Made by a program: the position numbers and the translations under genes. This document shows positions 47,394 to 57,471 of a stretch of DNA of 64,000 nucleotides, in pieces (within the stretch, counting starts at the first letter, position 1; the number at the start of each line of letters is the position of its first letter). The stretch is taken from the IMG/VR virus record IMGVR_UViG_3300035698_004757, positions 33,673-97,672 of that record. One strand, 5' to 3'. The notes under the pieces are model-generated. The model was not told the DNA's origin and did not search any database. It saw only the letters and a program-made list of their open reading frames with translations. This DNA comes from a virus.

Positions 47394-48503
47394 ATGTCTA
47401 CCACGAAGAAGAAGCCGGTCGCCAGTAAGGTGACTGCAAAGAAGACAGCGGAGCGCCCGGGCAAAGCATCGCAGGATGAAGCCGTGAAAGTGCAGTACGC
47501 ACAGGTGGGTGTCAATGTCGGCACCACGAAAAACAGCGCGGACTTTGTGATTTTGGATTTGCCGACCGACAAGATCGTCATCGACCCGGATTTCAACCCG
47601 CGCAGCGGCGGACCCGGTGACGTGTCCGACTTGACGGCGTCAGTCAAGCGCCACGGGCTACAACACTTCCCCGCCGTGCGGCCTTGTAAAGAGGCTGCCA
47701 AGACCGGCGCGTATGAACTCGTGACAGGCGAGCGACGTGTGGTTGTGATGGGTGAGTTGGGGATGGCTACTGTACCGGTTCTCGTCAAGCCCGGTCTCGA
47801 AGGCAAGGACGACGAAGCGCTGGCTTACGCTATGGCCGAGAATAGCGAGGGCAACCGCCACAACCTCAACGCAGTTGAGACCGGACGCGCAAGCGCGCGA
47901 TTGCGCGACGGCAACAGTTGGACCCCGATGAAGATTGCGAGAGAGACCGGCATTGGTCACCAGACCGTGCGCCGTTGCCTTACGTTGATCGACGGCCCGA
48001 AGGATGTCATCGCCAAGGTCGAGAAGGGCGAGTTGACGTTTAGCGCCGGTGTCGAGTTGGCCAAGCTGCCGACTGCCACGTACAAGCAGATTGGCGACGA
48101 CGCCATCGGTAAAGGTGCGTCGGCTGCACAGGTGCGTGAGATCGCTAAGAAGGCCGCGAAGGACACTACGGGCAAAGGCAACGCACCGACCAAGGGTGCT
48201 GATGCGAAGAAGCATGCGAGCGTGACGCAGCAGACCACGTGGCGCACTGCACGCGCGAAGCAGGCCATGCTTCGATTCTTGTGCCACCGGTACGCAAACG
48301 ATACCGATGCGGATGAGGTGGGCACGCCTGTGTGGCATGGCATCCGTGGTGCAATTTCGGCGCTGTTCTACGATCGCGGTGACCGGCCCCAGCCGCTTCC
48401 GCCCATGCCGGGCAAGGCCACGAAGCAAGAACTCAAAGCGTTCGAGGACGCAATCAAGGACGACGCAGCTAAGTACCAGCCGCCGAAGGTTGTCGCGAAG
48501 TGA
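47394..48503 (+). CDS. ParB/Spo0J/KorB-family protein (CTPase domain plus HTH)
   Basis: FNPR, L..SVKRHGLQH, YELVTGERR, AEN...R.NL..VE, and HTH TPMKIARETGIGHQTVRRCL. Confidence 0.9.
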   Translation: MSTTKKKPVASKVTAKKTAERPGKASQDEAVKVQYAQVGVNVGTTKNSADFVILDLPTDKIVIDPDFNPRSGGPGDVSDLTASVKRHGLQHFPAVRPCKEAAKTGAYELVTGERRVVVMGELGMATVPVLVKPGLEGKDDEALAYAMAENSEGNRHNLNAVETGRASARLRDGNSWTPMKIARETGIGHQTVRRCLTLIDGPKDVIAKVEKGELTFSAGVELAKLPTATYKQIGDDAIGKGASAAQVREIAKKAAKDTTGKGNAPTKGADAKKHASVTQQTTWRTARAKQAMLRFLCHRYANDTDADEVGTPVWHGIRGAISALFYDRGDRPQPLPPMPGKATKQELKAFEDAIKDDAAKYQPPKVVAK

Positions 48504-48526
48504 GTCGGATTCACAGTTACCCCCCG

Positions 48527-48563
48527 CAGGGTGGTGGGTGTTCGCATCCACCACCCTGTTTTT
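48527..48563 (+). terminator. Intrinsic terminator (UUCG loop) after parB
   Basis: CAGGGTGGTGGGTG-TTCG-CATCCACCACCCTG plus T5. Confidence 0.8.
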
Positions 48564-48582
48564 CTTATTTGAGGGCTACGTC

Positions 48583-49512
48583 ATGGCACGGAGTAAACCG
48601 TTGTGTGTTGCGTTGCCGAAGTTGACGCAGCGTCAACCGAAGCCAAAGCATGAAGTCATAGACCCCGTAGGGTCGCGGCTGTACGTGGGTGACTGCGCCA
48701 AGGTGGTCCCGACGTGGAAAGCGTTGCAAGGTGAGGTGCGCCTCGTCTTTGCTGACCCGCCGTTTAACATCGGTGTGGACTACGGCCGCAAAGTGGACGA
48801 CAAGAGATCGCAACACGATTACGACCAGTGGACACACGAGTGGATGTCACAATGCACCGAGTTGTTGTGCAAGTCCGGAAGTATGTTTGTGTACGTTGGC
48901 GATGGCTGCGTGCGAGCCGTCTTGAACTCGGCGTATGCGCTGGGACTCGACCGGGTGAACTGGATCGTGTTGAGTCAGAGATTTGGGCAGTTCACAGACG
49001 GTCGGTTTATCAACAGCAAGAATCATTTGTTTTGGTTCACCAGTGGTCCAGATAGCAAGCGCACGTGGAATGTCAAAGAGGTGATGGAGCCGAGCGATCG
49101 GCTCAAAATATACAATGACCCCCGCGTGAAGAAGAGCCGTTACAAAGGTCATCGCCCATACCTTGATGTGTGGGAGCATGCGAACCACGGCGAGGTATGG
49201 GGCGGTAAGAATATGGGCCGGATTCAGGGTACGAGCGTGGAGCGTATGAAGGGGCACCCGAACCAATTGCCGGAGTTGTTACTTGCCCGGGTGATCCGGT
49301 GTGCGAGCGATCCGGGTGACATTGTGGTTGACCCGTTCACAGGTTCAGGGACTACACCTACGGTGGCGCGCGCATTGTCGCGGCGCTTTGTGGGTTGCGA
49401 GATGATGGCGAAGTTCGCGGCGTCTGCGTGGCGTCGGGCAAAACGCGGCCCGGTCCGCGATGTGTTGGGTGACTTGACCGGCGCACTTGACCGGGAGAAG
49501 GGCAGGAAATAA
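48583..49512 (+). CDS. Amino-(N6A/N4C) DNA methyltransferase, beta class
   Basis: FADPPFN, HPNQLP and VVDPFTGSGTT. Confidence 0.92.
   Translation: MARSKPLCVALPKLTQRQPKPKHEVIDPVGSRLYVGDCAKVVPTWKALQGEVRLVFADPPFNIGVDYGRKVDDKRSQHDYDQWTHEWMSQCTELLCKSGSMFVYVGDGCVRAVLNSAYALGLDRVNWIVLSQRFGQFTDGRFINSKNHLFWFTSGPDSKRTWNVKEVMEPSDRLKIYNDPRVKKSRYKGHRPYLDVWEHANHGEVWGGKNMGRIQGTSVERMKGHPNQLPELLLARVIRCASDPGDIVVDPFTGSGTTPTVARALSRRFVGCEMMAKFAASAWRRAKRGPVRDVLGDLTGALDREKGRK
48622..48636. repeat. 15-bp palindrome in the 5' end of the MTase gene
   Basis: Exact copy; encodes LTQRQ. Confidence 0.95.
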
Positions 49513-49514
49513 TT

Positions 49515-50627
49515 TTGGTTGCATTAGGTGACACTACAATCGAACTGACTGACGAACAGCGAGGCGTATCGGACGCCGTGATAGATTGGATAAAGAAAGA
49601 TCAGGAACCGCAAAAAACGGTGGGGGGGTATGCCGGTGTGGGTAAGACCGTGCTGGTTAGCACCCTGTTGAAGTCCCCCCTCGTGCAGGCGGCTTCACCC
49701 GAAGTGGCGACGTACACAGGCAAAGCCGCCAGTGTGCTTGTCGGCAAAGGCGTCCCCGGGGCGGGCACGATTCACAGTTTGATTTATATCCCACGGAAGG
49801 AGAAAGGAAAGCTGACGTTCCGTTTGCGTGATTCGATCGACACAGGTTTGGTGTTGATTGATGAGGCTTCGATGGTGCCGCAAGCACTGTACGACGACCT
49901 TATGTCGTTTGGTGTCCCCGTTCTGTTTGTCGGTGATATGGGCCAGCTTGAGCCGATCGGCAAAGACCCGCGTCTGATGCGCGACCCCGAGCATAAGCTG
50001 ACTACGATCCATCGACAGGCGTTAGGGTCGCCGATCATTCGGCTGTCCCAGCAGATACGTGAGAAGGTGCCGACGTTCCGGTGGATGAAGGGCGACGATT
50101 ACAGTGCCGACGAGTTGTCGATTGGCAGTGAGGCGGACTTTTGGAAAGCCGTGGGCACAACCGATCAAGTCATTTGCGGCTACAACAAGACACGCCACGA
50201 GGTGAACAGGCTGGTGCGGGAGCAACGCGGGTTTGTCGGCGTCATGCCCGTGGTTGGGGATCGCGTCATTTGCTTGCAGAACAATCGCACGTTTGGTGTG
50301 TTCAACGGGCTAATGGGTACGATCACCAAGATACGTGATATGTCAAACTTCACCGTGTTTGCGGACGTGGTGGATGACCTTGGCCGGACGTTGTCGGCAG
50401 TCCCGATGGATCGCCGACAGTATGGCGCGGATGTGATAGCGTACGAGAGTCGCAGGTCCGGCATCACGTATTGGGACTACGGTTATTGCGTGACCGCGCA
50501 CAAGGCTCAGGGCAGCCAGTGGGATAGCGTGCTGGTGAAAGAAGAGATGCACCCTAACTGGGAGGCGTCGCGGTGGCGCTACACGGCTGCGACCCGGGCG
50601 GCGAAGACGTTGAGGTATTGTCGATGA
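49515..50627 (+). CDS. SF1B helicase (RecD2/Dda-like)
   Basis: GYAGVGKT, IDEASMV, GDMGQLEP, HKAQGSQW and YTAATRA. Confidence 0.93.
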   Translation: MVALGDTTIELTDEQRGVSDAVIDWIKKDQEPQKTVGGYAGVGKTVLVSTLLKSPLVQAASPEVATYTGKAASVLVGKGVPGAGTIHSLIYIPRKEKGKLTFRLRDSIDTGLVLIDEASMVPQALYDDLMSFGVPVLFVGDMGQLEPIGKDPRLMRDPEHKLTTIHRQALGSPIIRLSQQIREKVPTFRWMKGDDYSADELSIGSEADFWKAVGTTDQVICGYNKTRHEVNRLVREQRGFVGVMPVVGDRVICLQNNRTFGVFNGLMGTITKIRDMSNFTVFADVVDDLGRTLSAVPMDRRQYGADVIAYESRRSGITYWDYGYCVTAHKAQGSQWDSVLVKEEMHPNWEASRWRYTAATRAAKTLRYCR

Positions 50628-51583
50628 CGACCTATCCGTTAATCATCGACGCAAACTCGCTGATAATTCGCCACATCAAGGCTACGCAGTTGGGTGACCT
50701 GAAAGCGAACGGTCACTTTACGGGCGGCGTGTACGGGAGTCTGGTCACGCTAACATCATTGATTAGCGGGATCGACGTGCAGCCCGACAGCATCTATATG
50801 TTTTTCGACTCGGGCGTGCCTGCGTTTCGGCGCGAAGCCATACCAACGTACAAGATGGATCGAGCCAAGCGCAAGGAAGAGTTGACGCCGGAGGAAAAGG
50901 AAAAGTGTTATCGGCAGCTTGACGAGGCTCGCAGGATGTTCAGTGATTTGGGTGTGGTGTGTACGTCATTCAAGAATCGGGAAGCCGACGATTGCGTTGG
51001 CGCAGCCGCGAGACTACTGGGCAATCGCAACCCGGTGGTGATGTCGGGAGATAAAGATTTGTGGCAAGTGGTTCCGTGGGGCGGCCCGCGTGTGTGGGAC
51101 TTGAGCCGTAAGTGCATGATCGACGAAGACAATTTTGCCAGCGTGGCGGGTGTGCCTTCTAGCATGTGGCTGGTGTACCGTGCGCTGGTGGGTGACTCGT
51201 CGGACTCAATACCCGGTGCGTATGGGTGCGGGGACAAGCGTGCTACCCAGTTGGTGCTTGACGTGGTGGACGGGGGCTACGATCACGACTTGGACGGCGT
51301 GGCTGCTTACCTAAATGACACGGCCGAGGCTGACGGGAAGTTGCGCAAGTTTGAGGACGTGATCCTTAACGAATTGGACCGACTCAAGGACGTGATGCGG
51401 GGGATCAGTTTGTGGGGCAGCTTTGGTGACACTACCCGGTTGGAAGAGTTGTTGGCAAAGCGACCGCCGGTACGAAAGATACCGTTCTTGAAGTTTTGCA
51501 ATCGACTCGGACTGATGAGTGTGGTTGGAGCGCCCGATCGGTTCTTGAAGCCGTTTATGCGAGCCGCAGACAGTCGGACATGA
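50624..51583 (+). CDS. 5'-3' exonuclease / flap endonuclease (RNase H-type)
   Basis: IIDAN, YK..R, EADD, SGDKDL and GDSSDSIPG. Confidence 0.93.
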   Translation: MTTYPLIIDANSLIIRHIKATQLGDLKANGHFTGGVYGSLVTLTSLISGIDVQPDSIYMFFDSGVPAFRREAIPTYKMDRAKRKEELTPEEKEKCYRQLDEARRMFSDLGVVCTSFKNREADDCVGAAARLLGNRNPVVMSGDKDLWQVVPWGGPRVWDLSRKCMIDEDNFASVAGVPSSMWLVYRALVGDSSDSIPGAYGCGDKRATQLVLDVVDGGYDHDLDGVAAYLNDTAEADGKLRKFEDVILNELDRLKDVMRGISLWGSFGDTTRLEELLAKRPPVRKIPFLKFCNRLGLMSVVGAPDRFLKPFMRAADSRT

Positions 51584-51610
51584 TGTTTCGCACGGCACGG
51601 AAACACGCGC

Positions 51611-51639
51611 TTGACGTTGCGTCAACTATCCGGTACACT
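51611..51639 (+). promoter_or_regulatory. Promoter with palindrome variant TTGACGTTGCGTCAA as -35
   Basis: TTGACG-N17-TACACT. Confidence 0.7.
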
Positions 51640-51673
51640 TGGCACGCAACATTTAATTCTCAGAGGTGACACA

Positions 51674-52687
51674 ATGGGACAACATTTTGACAGGCTGTGC
51701 AGCATCGTCGAATCTCGGTTTCCGAAGATGTTAGCGGCGGTGCAGGAGGCTGCGCTGTTTGAGTTCGACCAACCCCCGCATATGTTCCTACCAACAGCCG
51801 TTGACTACGCGACAGCGTCGCGTGATTTCTTCTTACCGTTTCGGGCGTGCGCGTTTGAAGACCCTGCGGGTGTGGTTGTTGTTTGGGACGCGGTGGAAGA
51901 TGCCGTGGGTCCGGACCACAAACGGTTCTCGTTGGTGTTGTGCCCAGCCATCGCGCCCGAGGGTACGTTTCGTGCGACTGCCGGGGATCAGGATTACGAT
52001 CGTTTGCAAGCTGCGATCGTGGCGCAGATTGGTTTGACGGCGGCACAGCGGTTGTCGTTGTTTGGGTTTGGTGAGGTCGATCGTTTGGTGGCGGACCCGA
52101 ATGGTAAGACCATGCACGTTCAATACACCGCGAGGCACGGTGGCATTTACAAAGGGGCAGCGCTGGTGGCCGATCAGCCGATGCACGTTCAAGATGAAGC
52201 AACACAATCGCTGGGGCGATCGCTTGCGATACACACTAAAACTGCGACGGAAGAAGCCGCGTGGGTCAACCGCCCCGATCACTTTGTGGTTGAGACGACG
52301 CCAGTCAAGGTGAAGTTGCGCAGCGCTAAGGTGCAGAAGACACGGGCGCGTCGTTCGTTTGAGCGGCCCACGTTCACAGTGTTGAAGCCGAGCGAAGCGC
52401 GGAGCCGTATGGGCTTACCAGCGCCGATGACTACTGGTGATAAGAAGGCCGCCCATGAGCGCCGCGCACACTTGCGGTATTTGGGGTCTCCGAAGTTCAA
52501 GACGAAGCAAGGCCAATGGATTCACATTAAGTCCACGTGGATTGGTCCGCGCGAGGCCGTCGTGGGCAAGCGACGTTACAAGGTACACACCGATCATGCG
52601 TCCGTTGCGATGGACATCGACAAGGGTGACGCGCTTCCGAAGGCGCTGACACGTGCAGAACTGCCCGCACTTATTGACACAATGTGA
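51674..52687 (+). CDS. Hypothetical protein with C-terminal HxRRxHxR motif
   Basis: AHERRAHLR...WIHIKSTWIG; has its own promoter and terminator. Confidence 0.7.
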   Translation: MGQHFDRLCSIVESRFPKMLAAVQEAALFEFDQPPHMFLPTAVDYATASRDFFLPFRACAFEDPAGVVVVWDAVEDAVGPDHKRFSLVLCPAIAPEGTFRATAGDQDYDRLQAAIVAQIGLTAAQRLSLFGFGEVDRLVADPNGKTMHVQYTARHGGIYKGAALVADQPMHVQDEATQSLGRSLAIHTKTATEEAAWVNRPDHFVVETTPVKVKLRSAKVQKTRARRSFERPTFTVLKPSEARSRMGLPAPMTTGDKKAAHERRAHLRYLGSPKFKTKQGQWIHIKSTWIGPREAVVGKRRYKVHTDHASVAMDIDKGDALPKALTRAELPALIDTM

Positions 52688-52708
52688 CCGCGCTAGCGGC
52701 ACAGGCCC

Positions 52709-52745
52709 GGGGTGAGGTCGTCCGGCACGGCGTCCTCACCCTTTT
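52709..52745 (+). terminator. Probable intrinsic terminator
   Basis: GGGTGAGG / CCTCACCC stem plus T4. Confidence 0.55.
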
Positions 52746-52778
52746 ACTTGAGGTGACTACGATGATTGATGTGACGCG

Positions 52779-53810
52779 ATGAAAATTGCATTAACTGCGG
52801 ACTGGCAATTCGCCCCGCATTACAAACTATCGAAGCCCACGCCGGGTGGCTTACCGTCGCGGTTCGTGGACCAACTTGTGTGTTTTCGCTGGGTGACGCA
52901 AACAGCACGCGACTTGGGTTGCGAGCGACTTGTATTGGCCGGGGACGTGTTCGACAACCGCACGGCGATCGACATCCCGGTGTTGGATCAGGTGCGTGAC
53001 GCGGTTGACTACGCGGCACAGAAGTTGGAAGTGGATATCATCCCGGGCAACCATGACAGTTATGCGAGGTCGTCCACGTTCACCAGTGTGCGGGCGTTGC
53101 GCAGTGCGCGTGTTCACGTTCATGTGACGCCGCAGGAGGTAGTGTTTGACGGGCGTCGGTTTGTGTTCTTGCCGTGGGTTGACGACCCGAACGAAGTAGC
53201 TGCGATGGTGGACAAGGTGCAGCCGAAGAAGGTTGTTGGGTCGGTGTTGATTGCACATGCACTGATTTCCGGTGTAGTGACCGCAGGCAACAAGGGGACG
53301 CCGTTGAAGGCGCTGCGGCCGGACCGGTTCGACTGCGTTTGGTTGGGTGATGTTCACGAGCCGACGTTGGTCAAGCCGGGCGTGCAATACATTGGCTCAC
53401 CGATGCAGATCGACTACCGCGACGCGGGTGGCATGCGCGGGTTTTACGTGTTCGACACGAATAAGATGACAGCGAAGTATGTCGAGAACGACGTGAGTCC
53501 CCGTTTCCACGTAGTCAAGGAGGCAACACCCGGATCGCGCAGGTCGATTCGGAAAGCTGACTTTGTGCGTGTGAAGATTGCTGACGCAGGTGCAGCGAAG
53601 GAGTGGGTGGACGCACTTGGCGGCGCAGCGGACCACGTCGAGTGTGCAAGCGTGGACGTGGGTGATGAGCCGCCGCGAATGTCGGTGAAGACTGGCGATG
53701 ATGATGCCGTGCTGTTACGTCGGTACGTCAATATGCAGGGTGTGGATACTGACGCAGAAGATGCGTTGGTTAAATTGGGCGTTGCAATGTTGAGCGAGGT
53801 GACATCTTGA
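52779..53810 (+). CDS. SbcD/Mre11-like metallophosphoesterase nuclease
   Basis: TADWQ, AGDVFD, PGNHD, LGDVH and YIGSP.Q. Confidence 0.92.
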   Translation: MKIALTADWQFAPHYKLSKPTPGGLPSRFVDQLVCFRWVTQTARDLGCERLVLAGDVFDNRTAIDIPVLDQVRDAVDYAAQKLEVDIIPGNHDSYARSSTFTSVRALRSARVHVHVTPQEVVFDGRRFVFLPWVDDPNEVAAMVDKVQPKKVVGSVLIAHALISGVVTAGNKGTPLKALRPDRFDCVWLGDVHEPTLVKPGVQYIGSPMQIDYRDAGGMRGFYVFDTNKMTAKYVENDVSPRFHVVKEATPGSRRSIRKADFVRVKIADAGAAKEWVDALGGAADHVECASVDVGDEPPRMSVKTGDDDAVLLRRYVNMQGVDTDAEDALVKLGVAMLSEVTS

Positions 53811-55771
53811 GTTCTTACATCATTGGGTTGACTACATACGAGAACTTCGGACCCTTCGAGAAAGTGGCGTTCGATTTCTCACTGCCCGGGTTGACGGTGA
53901 TCGAGGGTGAGATAAACAAAGTGGGTTGCGACTCGAACGGTGCGGGCAAGAGCCAGATATTCGATGGCCTGTCGTGGTGCCTGACCGGCACGTGCATGCG
54001 AGCCGACATGGGTGCAGGCGATGTGGTGCGCAATGGCAGCGAAGGCGGATGCTGCGTGCAGACTACGTTGCATGGTACACATGAGGTGGTCGTGACTCGC
54101 ACCCGGGGGCATGCAGTCCACGGGCACAAGGTGATGCTGTCAGTGGACGGCCGCGATGTGACGGCCGGAACAAATCCGCAGACTGACGTGATGATCGCGG
54201 ACTTGTTGGGTCTGGACTTCAATGCCTTTTGTAATTCCGTTGCGTTCGGAGCGCGCATGGATGTGGCGAGTTTTTTCTCCGTGCCGGACGCGGACCGCAA
54301 GAAGTTGTTGGAGGGGATGCTTGGGCTGAGCCGGTTCTCCGACGCGGAGAAGATTGCCAAGGCACGGTACCGCGAGGTGGGCGACGCGCTCAATGTGTTG
54401 GAGAGCCGCTGCGAGACGTTGACAGCGTTGCGAGACGAGCGAGTCCGCGTGTTGGCGGAGTTGCAGCAGGGTGCCGACGATGATGATGATGACGTGTCTG
54501 AGTTGCGAGACCTTGAGGCCCGCGCGATGGCTAGGCGGTACGCGCAGTTGCAGGTCAAACAGCGAGCTTACATAGGTGAGGTGGAGGACCGGCAGCAGAT
54601 GGTGATTGGGGCAGTCAGCAAGCAAGTGGAGGCGCACCAAGCGGCGGCCGCTGTGTGGGCAGTCGAGCATCAGGATGCCGAGGAAGACTACCATACCTCT
54701 ATGCGGGCGAAGGCAGTTGCCGAGTCTTGTTACTCTGCTTCGCAACAGGAGGTGACGCAGTTGGCTGAATTGTCTGGGAAGACATGCCCGTCATGCCGCC
54801 AGCCAGTGAAGGGGAAGCCCGCTGCCGACGCAAAGAGGGCCGCAGCCAAGCGCGCGAAAGAGGCCGGGTTTAAGGCTGATGCTGCCACAGTGGACTTGCA
54901 GGCAGCCAAGGTGAGATTGGACGCCGTGATGGAGCAAAGACCTCAGCGACCCCGTGACGTGCATGGGCGGATGGCTGGGGTGGTCGTGGATGCCGCCCGC
55001 CAGACGTTGGAGCGGTATGAGAGCCAGCAGAGGTCGTGGGAGGCACAGAGACCGGAGATGGGGAGGGACGCAGCACGACGCAGCCAGATAGATCGCATGG
55101 AGGGAGACGTGGGGGAGGCAAACGAGCAGTTGCATGCCCTGACTGGTGAGATTGAGGTGCAGCAGGCCACGGCCGCCCGTGTGGAGTTTTGGGTGCAGGG
55201 GTTTGGCAAACAGGGGTTGGTCAGTTACCTGATGGAAGCTGCGATGCCCGAAGTCAACGCCAGTGCAACGTCATACGCAGTCCGGTTGCTGGGCGAGGGT
55301 GCGATGGTGAAGCTGTCTGCCACGACTACGTTGAAGAGTCGGGCGGCTCAACGAGAGAAGATCAGTATCACGGGGTACATCCCGGGGTGCTGCACGTCGT
55401 ACGCGCAGGCGAGTAAGGGCCAGAAGCGACGGATGAACTTGGCGTTGATCCTTGCGTTCCGAGACCTTGTTGCACGCCGGGTGGCGGCCCCGTTTGGCCA
55501 GATGCTCATCGACGAGATATTCGACGGTATGGATCGCACAGGTGCCGAGCAGGTGGCAGAGTTGGCACAGGAACTATCGCAGGCGTACCCGGTGTGTTTG
55601 ATCGCACACGATCCGACGTTAAAGGGTGTGGCCGACCGCGTGGTTAAGGTGGTCCATGACGGCCAAGCCGCGACGTTGGAAGGACCGGGAACTAAGTGGC
55701 CGGACGCAACCAAGTCCGCGAAGCCGCAGAGACGAACACCCACGAAGAAGAAGACGGCAGCGGCGCGTTGA
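53807..55771 (+). CDS. SbcC/Rad50-like ATPase
   Basis: SNGAGKS, zinc hook CPSCRQ, SKGQ signature, IDEIFDGMD and IAH. Confidence 0.92.
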   Translation: MSSYIIGLTTYENFGPFEKVAFDFSLPGLTVIEGEINKVGCDSNGAGKSQIFDGLSWCLTGTCMRADMGAGDVVRNGSEGGCCVQTTLHGTHEVVVTRTRGHAVHGHKVMLSVDGRDVTAGTNPQTDVMIADLLGLDFNAFCNSVAFGARMDVASFFSVPDADRKKLLEGMLGLSRFSDAEKIAKARYREVGDALNVLESRCETLTALRDERVRVLAELQQGADDDDDDVSELRDLEARAMARRYAQLQVKQRAYIGEVEDRQQMVIGAVSKQVEAHQAAAAVWAVEHQDAEEDYHTSMRAKAVAESCYSASQQEVTQLAELSGKTCPSCRQPVKGKPAADAKRAAAKRAKEAGFKADAATVDLQAAKVRLDAVMEQRPQRPRDVHGRMAGVVVDAARQTLERYESQQRSWEAQRPEMGRDAARRSQIDRMEGDVGEANEQLHALTGEIEVQQATAARVEFWVQGFGKQGLVSYLMEAAMPEVNASATSYAVRLLGEGAMVKLSATTTLKSRAAQREKISITGYIPGCCTSYAQASKGQKRRMNLALILAFRDLVARRVAAPFGQMLIDEIFDGMDRTGAEQVAELAQELSQAYPVCLIAHDPTLKGVADRVVKVVHDGQAATLEGPGTKWPDATKSAKPQRRTPTKKKTAAAR

Positions 55772-55782
55772 CGCTGCGTCAA
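55768..55782. repeat. 15-bp palindrome on the SbcC stop
   Basis: Exact copy. Confidence 0.95.
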
Positions 55783-55813
55783 ATCACCCTACCGTACTAT
55801 CCGGAAATCATCC

Positions 55814-55842
55814 TTGACACAGGTTCGCACGTAGTCTATACT
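55814..55842 (+). promoter_or_regulatory. Sigma70-type promoter
   Basis: TTGACA-N17-TATACT, ~30 bp downstream of the palindrome at 55768. Confidence 0.72.
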
Positions 55843-55863
55843 CCGTGCCTTGAGGACTACACC

Positions 55864-56421
55864 ATGCGTGACAGTAGAGCAAAGGGGAACCGCAATGAGA
55901 ATGCGGTGTGCAGATTGCTGACCGCGTGGTTGGTACCCGAACTGGCCGACGCGCCAGTGGATGACCTGCCGTTTCGTAGACGGCAAACGGTGATCCGGGC
56001 TGGGTTGCCCGGATGGGAAGGACAGCGCGACACGATGTACGATGCACGTGTTGTAAAGTGCTTCCCGTTTTGTGTTGAGGCAAAGTGCGAAGAGGGCTGG
56101 GTACTGGATGGGCTGTTGACCAGCGATAACGGCAAATGGAAGCCGTGGCGATGGTGGCAGCAGGCGGTGGATCAGGCTGATAAGTTTGAACTTGAACCGT
56201 TGTTGATTTTTACCCGAAGTCGCTACGAGCAATATGTGTTAATGCGAAAGGCCGTAGCACAATGTCTAAAAGTAGAACCAAAAAACGGACAAGTAGCGGA
56301 CGTAGCGGGTCCGGGCTTAACGGAACCGTTGACTGTCTTGCTAATGGCGGACTTGATGACTGTACCCCCGCCCCGATTGAAAAGACTACGCGACGTTACT
56401 CGCTCCGCAATCTCATCTTGA
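55864..56421 (+). CDS. PD-(D/E)xK nuclease, Holliday-junction resolvase-like
   Basis: SRAKG...E, FCVEAK, WWQQA and PLLIFTR. Confidence 0.75.
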   Translation: MRDSRAKGNRNENAVCRLLTAWLVPELADAPVDDLPFRRRQTVIRAGLPGWEGQRDTMYDARVVKCFPFCVEAKCEEGWVLDGLLTSDNGKWKPWRWWQQAVDQADKFELEPLLIFTRSRYEQYVLMRKAVAQCLKVEPKNGQVADVAGPGLTEPLTVLLMADLMTVPPPRLKRLRDVTRSAISS

Positions 56422-56720
56422 GGCTGCAACAGAGCGGTGGTATGGACGAGGCAACAGCAGAGCAGGTGGCTGGCGAGATTTTCGCTGACCTCCGCGATGC
56501 GCTGTGCCAAGGCAAGCCGATTAACTTGACCAACATCCTGACCATCACGCCGTACATGCGGAAGGCTCGCAAGTACCGGCACCCCACACGTAACCGTGAT
56601 ATGGTAGCCCCGTCTGCACCTGACTTGCGCATTACGATATCCCCCGCGTTCAAGGGGGCGTTTCGTGACCGTGACGTGGTGACGAAGTTGATTGCCGCGA
56701 AGCATGCCAAGGCTGGGTGA
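56262..56720 (+). CDS. HU/IHF-like DNA-binding protein (start uncertain)
   Basis: DALCQGKPINLTNILTI...RKARKYRHP...APSAPDLRITISPAFK. Confidence 0.7.
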   Translation: MSKSRTKKRTSSGRSGSGLNGTVDCLANGGLDDCTPAPIEKTTRRYSLRNLILRLQQSGGMDEATAEQVAGEIFADLRDALCQGKPINLTNILTITPYMRKARKYRHPTRNRDMVAPSAPDLRITISPAFKGAFRDRDVVTKLIAAKHAKAG

Positions 56721-56730
56721 GGTGTAGTTC

Positions 56731-57471
56731 ATGTCGTTGACGGCTGACGATCGTGTGTACGTCGATCTGCTCTTCCAGTTCGGCCCGGACCGGCTGATAG
56801 TGGAGGGTATGTCGCTTGTGGACCGCGATGCGTTCCTGAAACGGGACGACGTGCGTGATGCGATCAGGCAATTGGCCCGGGACTACCAGACACAGGAAGG
56901 TATGGAGGCGCGCGTTAAGTATGCAACGAAGCGTCGTTTGTTTGGTCTGGCTACACGTGCGGTTGGCGTGCTTGAAGACGCGATGAACGGAGTCAGGTAC
57001 GCACGTGATACACATGGCAATGTCATACGCGACAGTGGCGGCGAGCCGGTGTTGTTAGCCGCAGAGGTGTCCGACGCGCGACAACTACGTGCAGCCGAGA
57101 AGGTGTTGGATTTGCTGGGCGTGGGTCCGGACAGTGCTTTAGTTAAAGTCGAGATTAACACGGCTGTGTTGCTACAACAGGAGCGGACCCGGCTGGCAAT
57201 TGAGCAGGATAAGACGCTGGGCAGCGAAGAAGAGAAAGGTATTGCTAGAGAACGTGTCCGCGTGGCTATGGAGAAGTTGGTGGCGACGAAGCCCGCGTTG
57301 GTGGCGAGGGCGATGCAAGAGGCCGGTATGACACGACAGGTGTCGAGCAAAGTTATTGACGCTGCGTCAAACCCCAAGGCGAGGACCAAGGCTACACGCC
57401 GGAAGAAATCGACGAAGAAGAAGACTGCGAAGCGGAAGCGATCGACGAAGAAGAAAGGCACGGGCAAATGA
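56731..57471 (+). CDS. Putative terminase small subunit
   Basis: Helical, with A...VL and RAAEKVLD motifs; directly upstream of and coupled to TerL. Confidence 0.55.
   Translation: MSLTADDRVYVDLLFQFGPDRLIVEGMSLVDRDAFLKRDDVRDAIRQLARDYQTQEGMEARVKYATKRRLFGLATRAVGVLEDAMNGVRYARDTHGNVIRDSGGEPVLLAAEVSDARQLRAAEKVLDLLGVGPDSALVKVEINTAVLLQQERTRLAIEQDKTLGSEEEKGIARERVRVAMEKLVATKPALVARAMQEAGMTRQVSSKVIDAASNPKARTKATRRKKSTKKKTAKRKRSTKKKGTGK
57356..57370. repeat. 15-bp palindrome inside the putative TerS gene
   Basis: Exact copy; encodes IDAASN. Confidence 0.95.
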
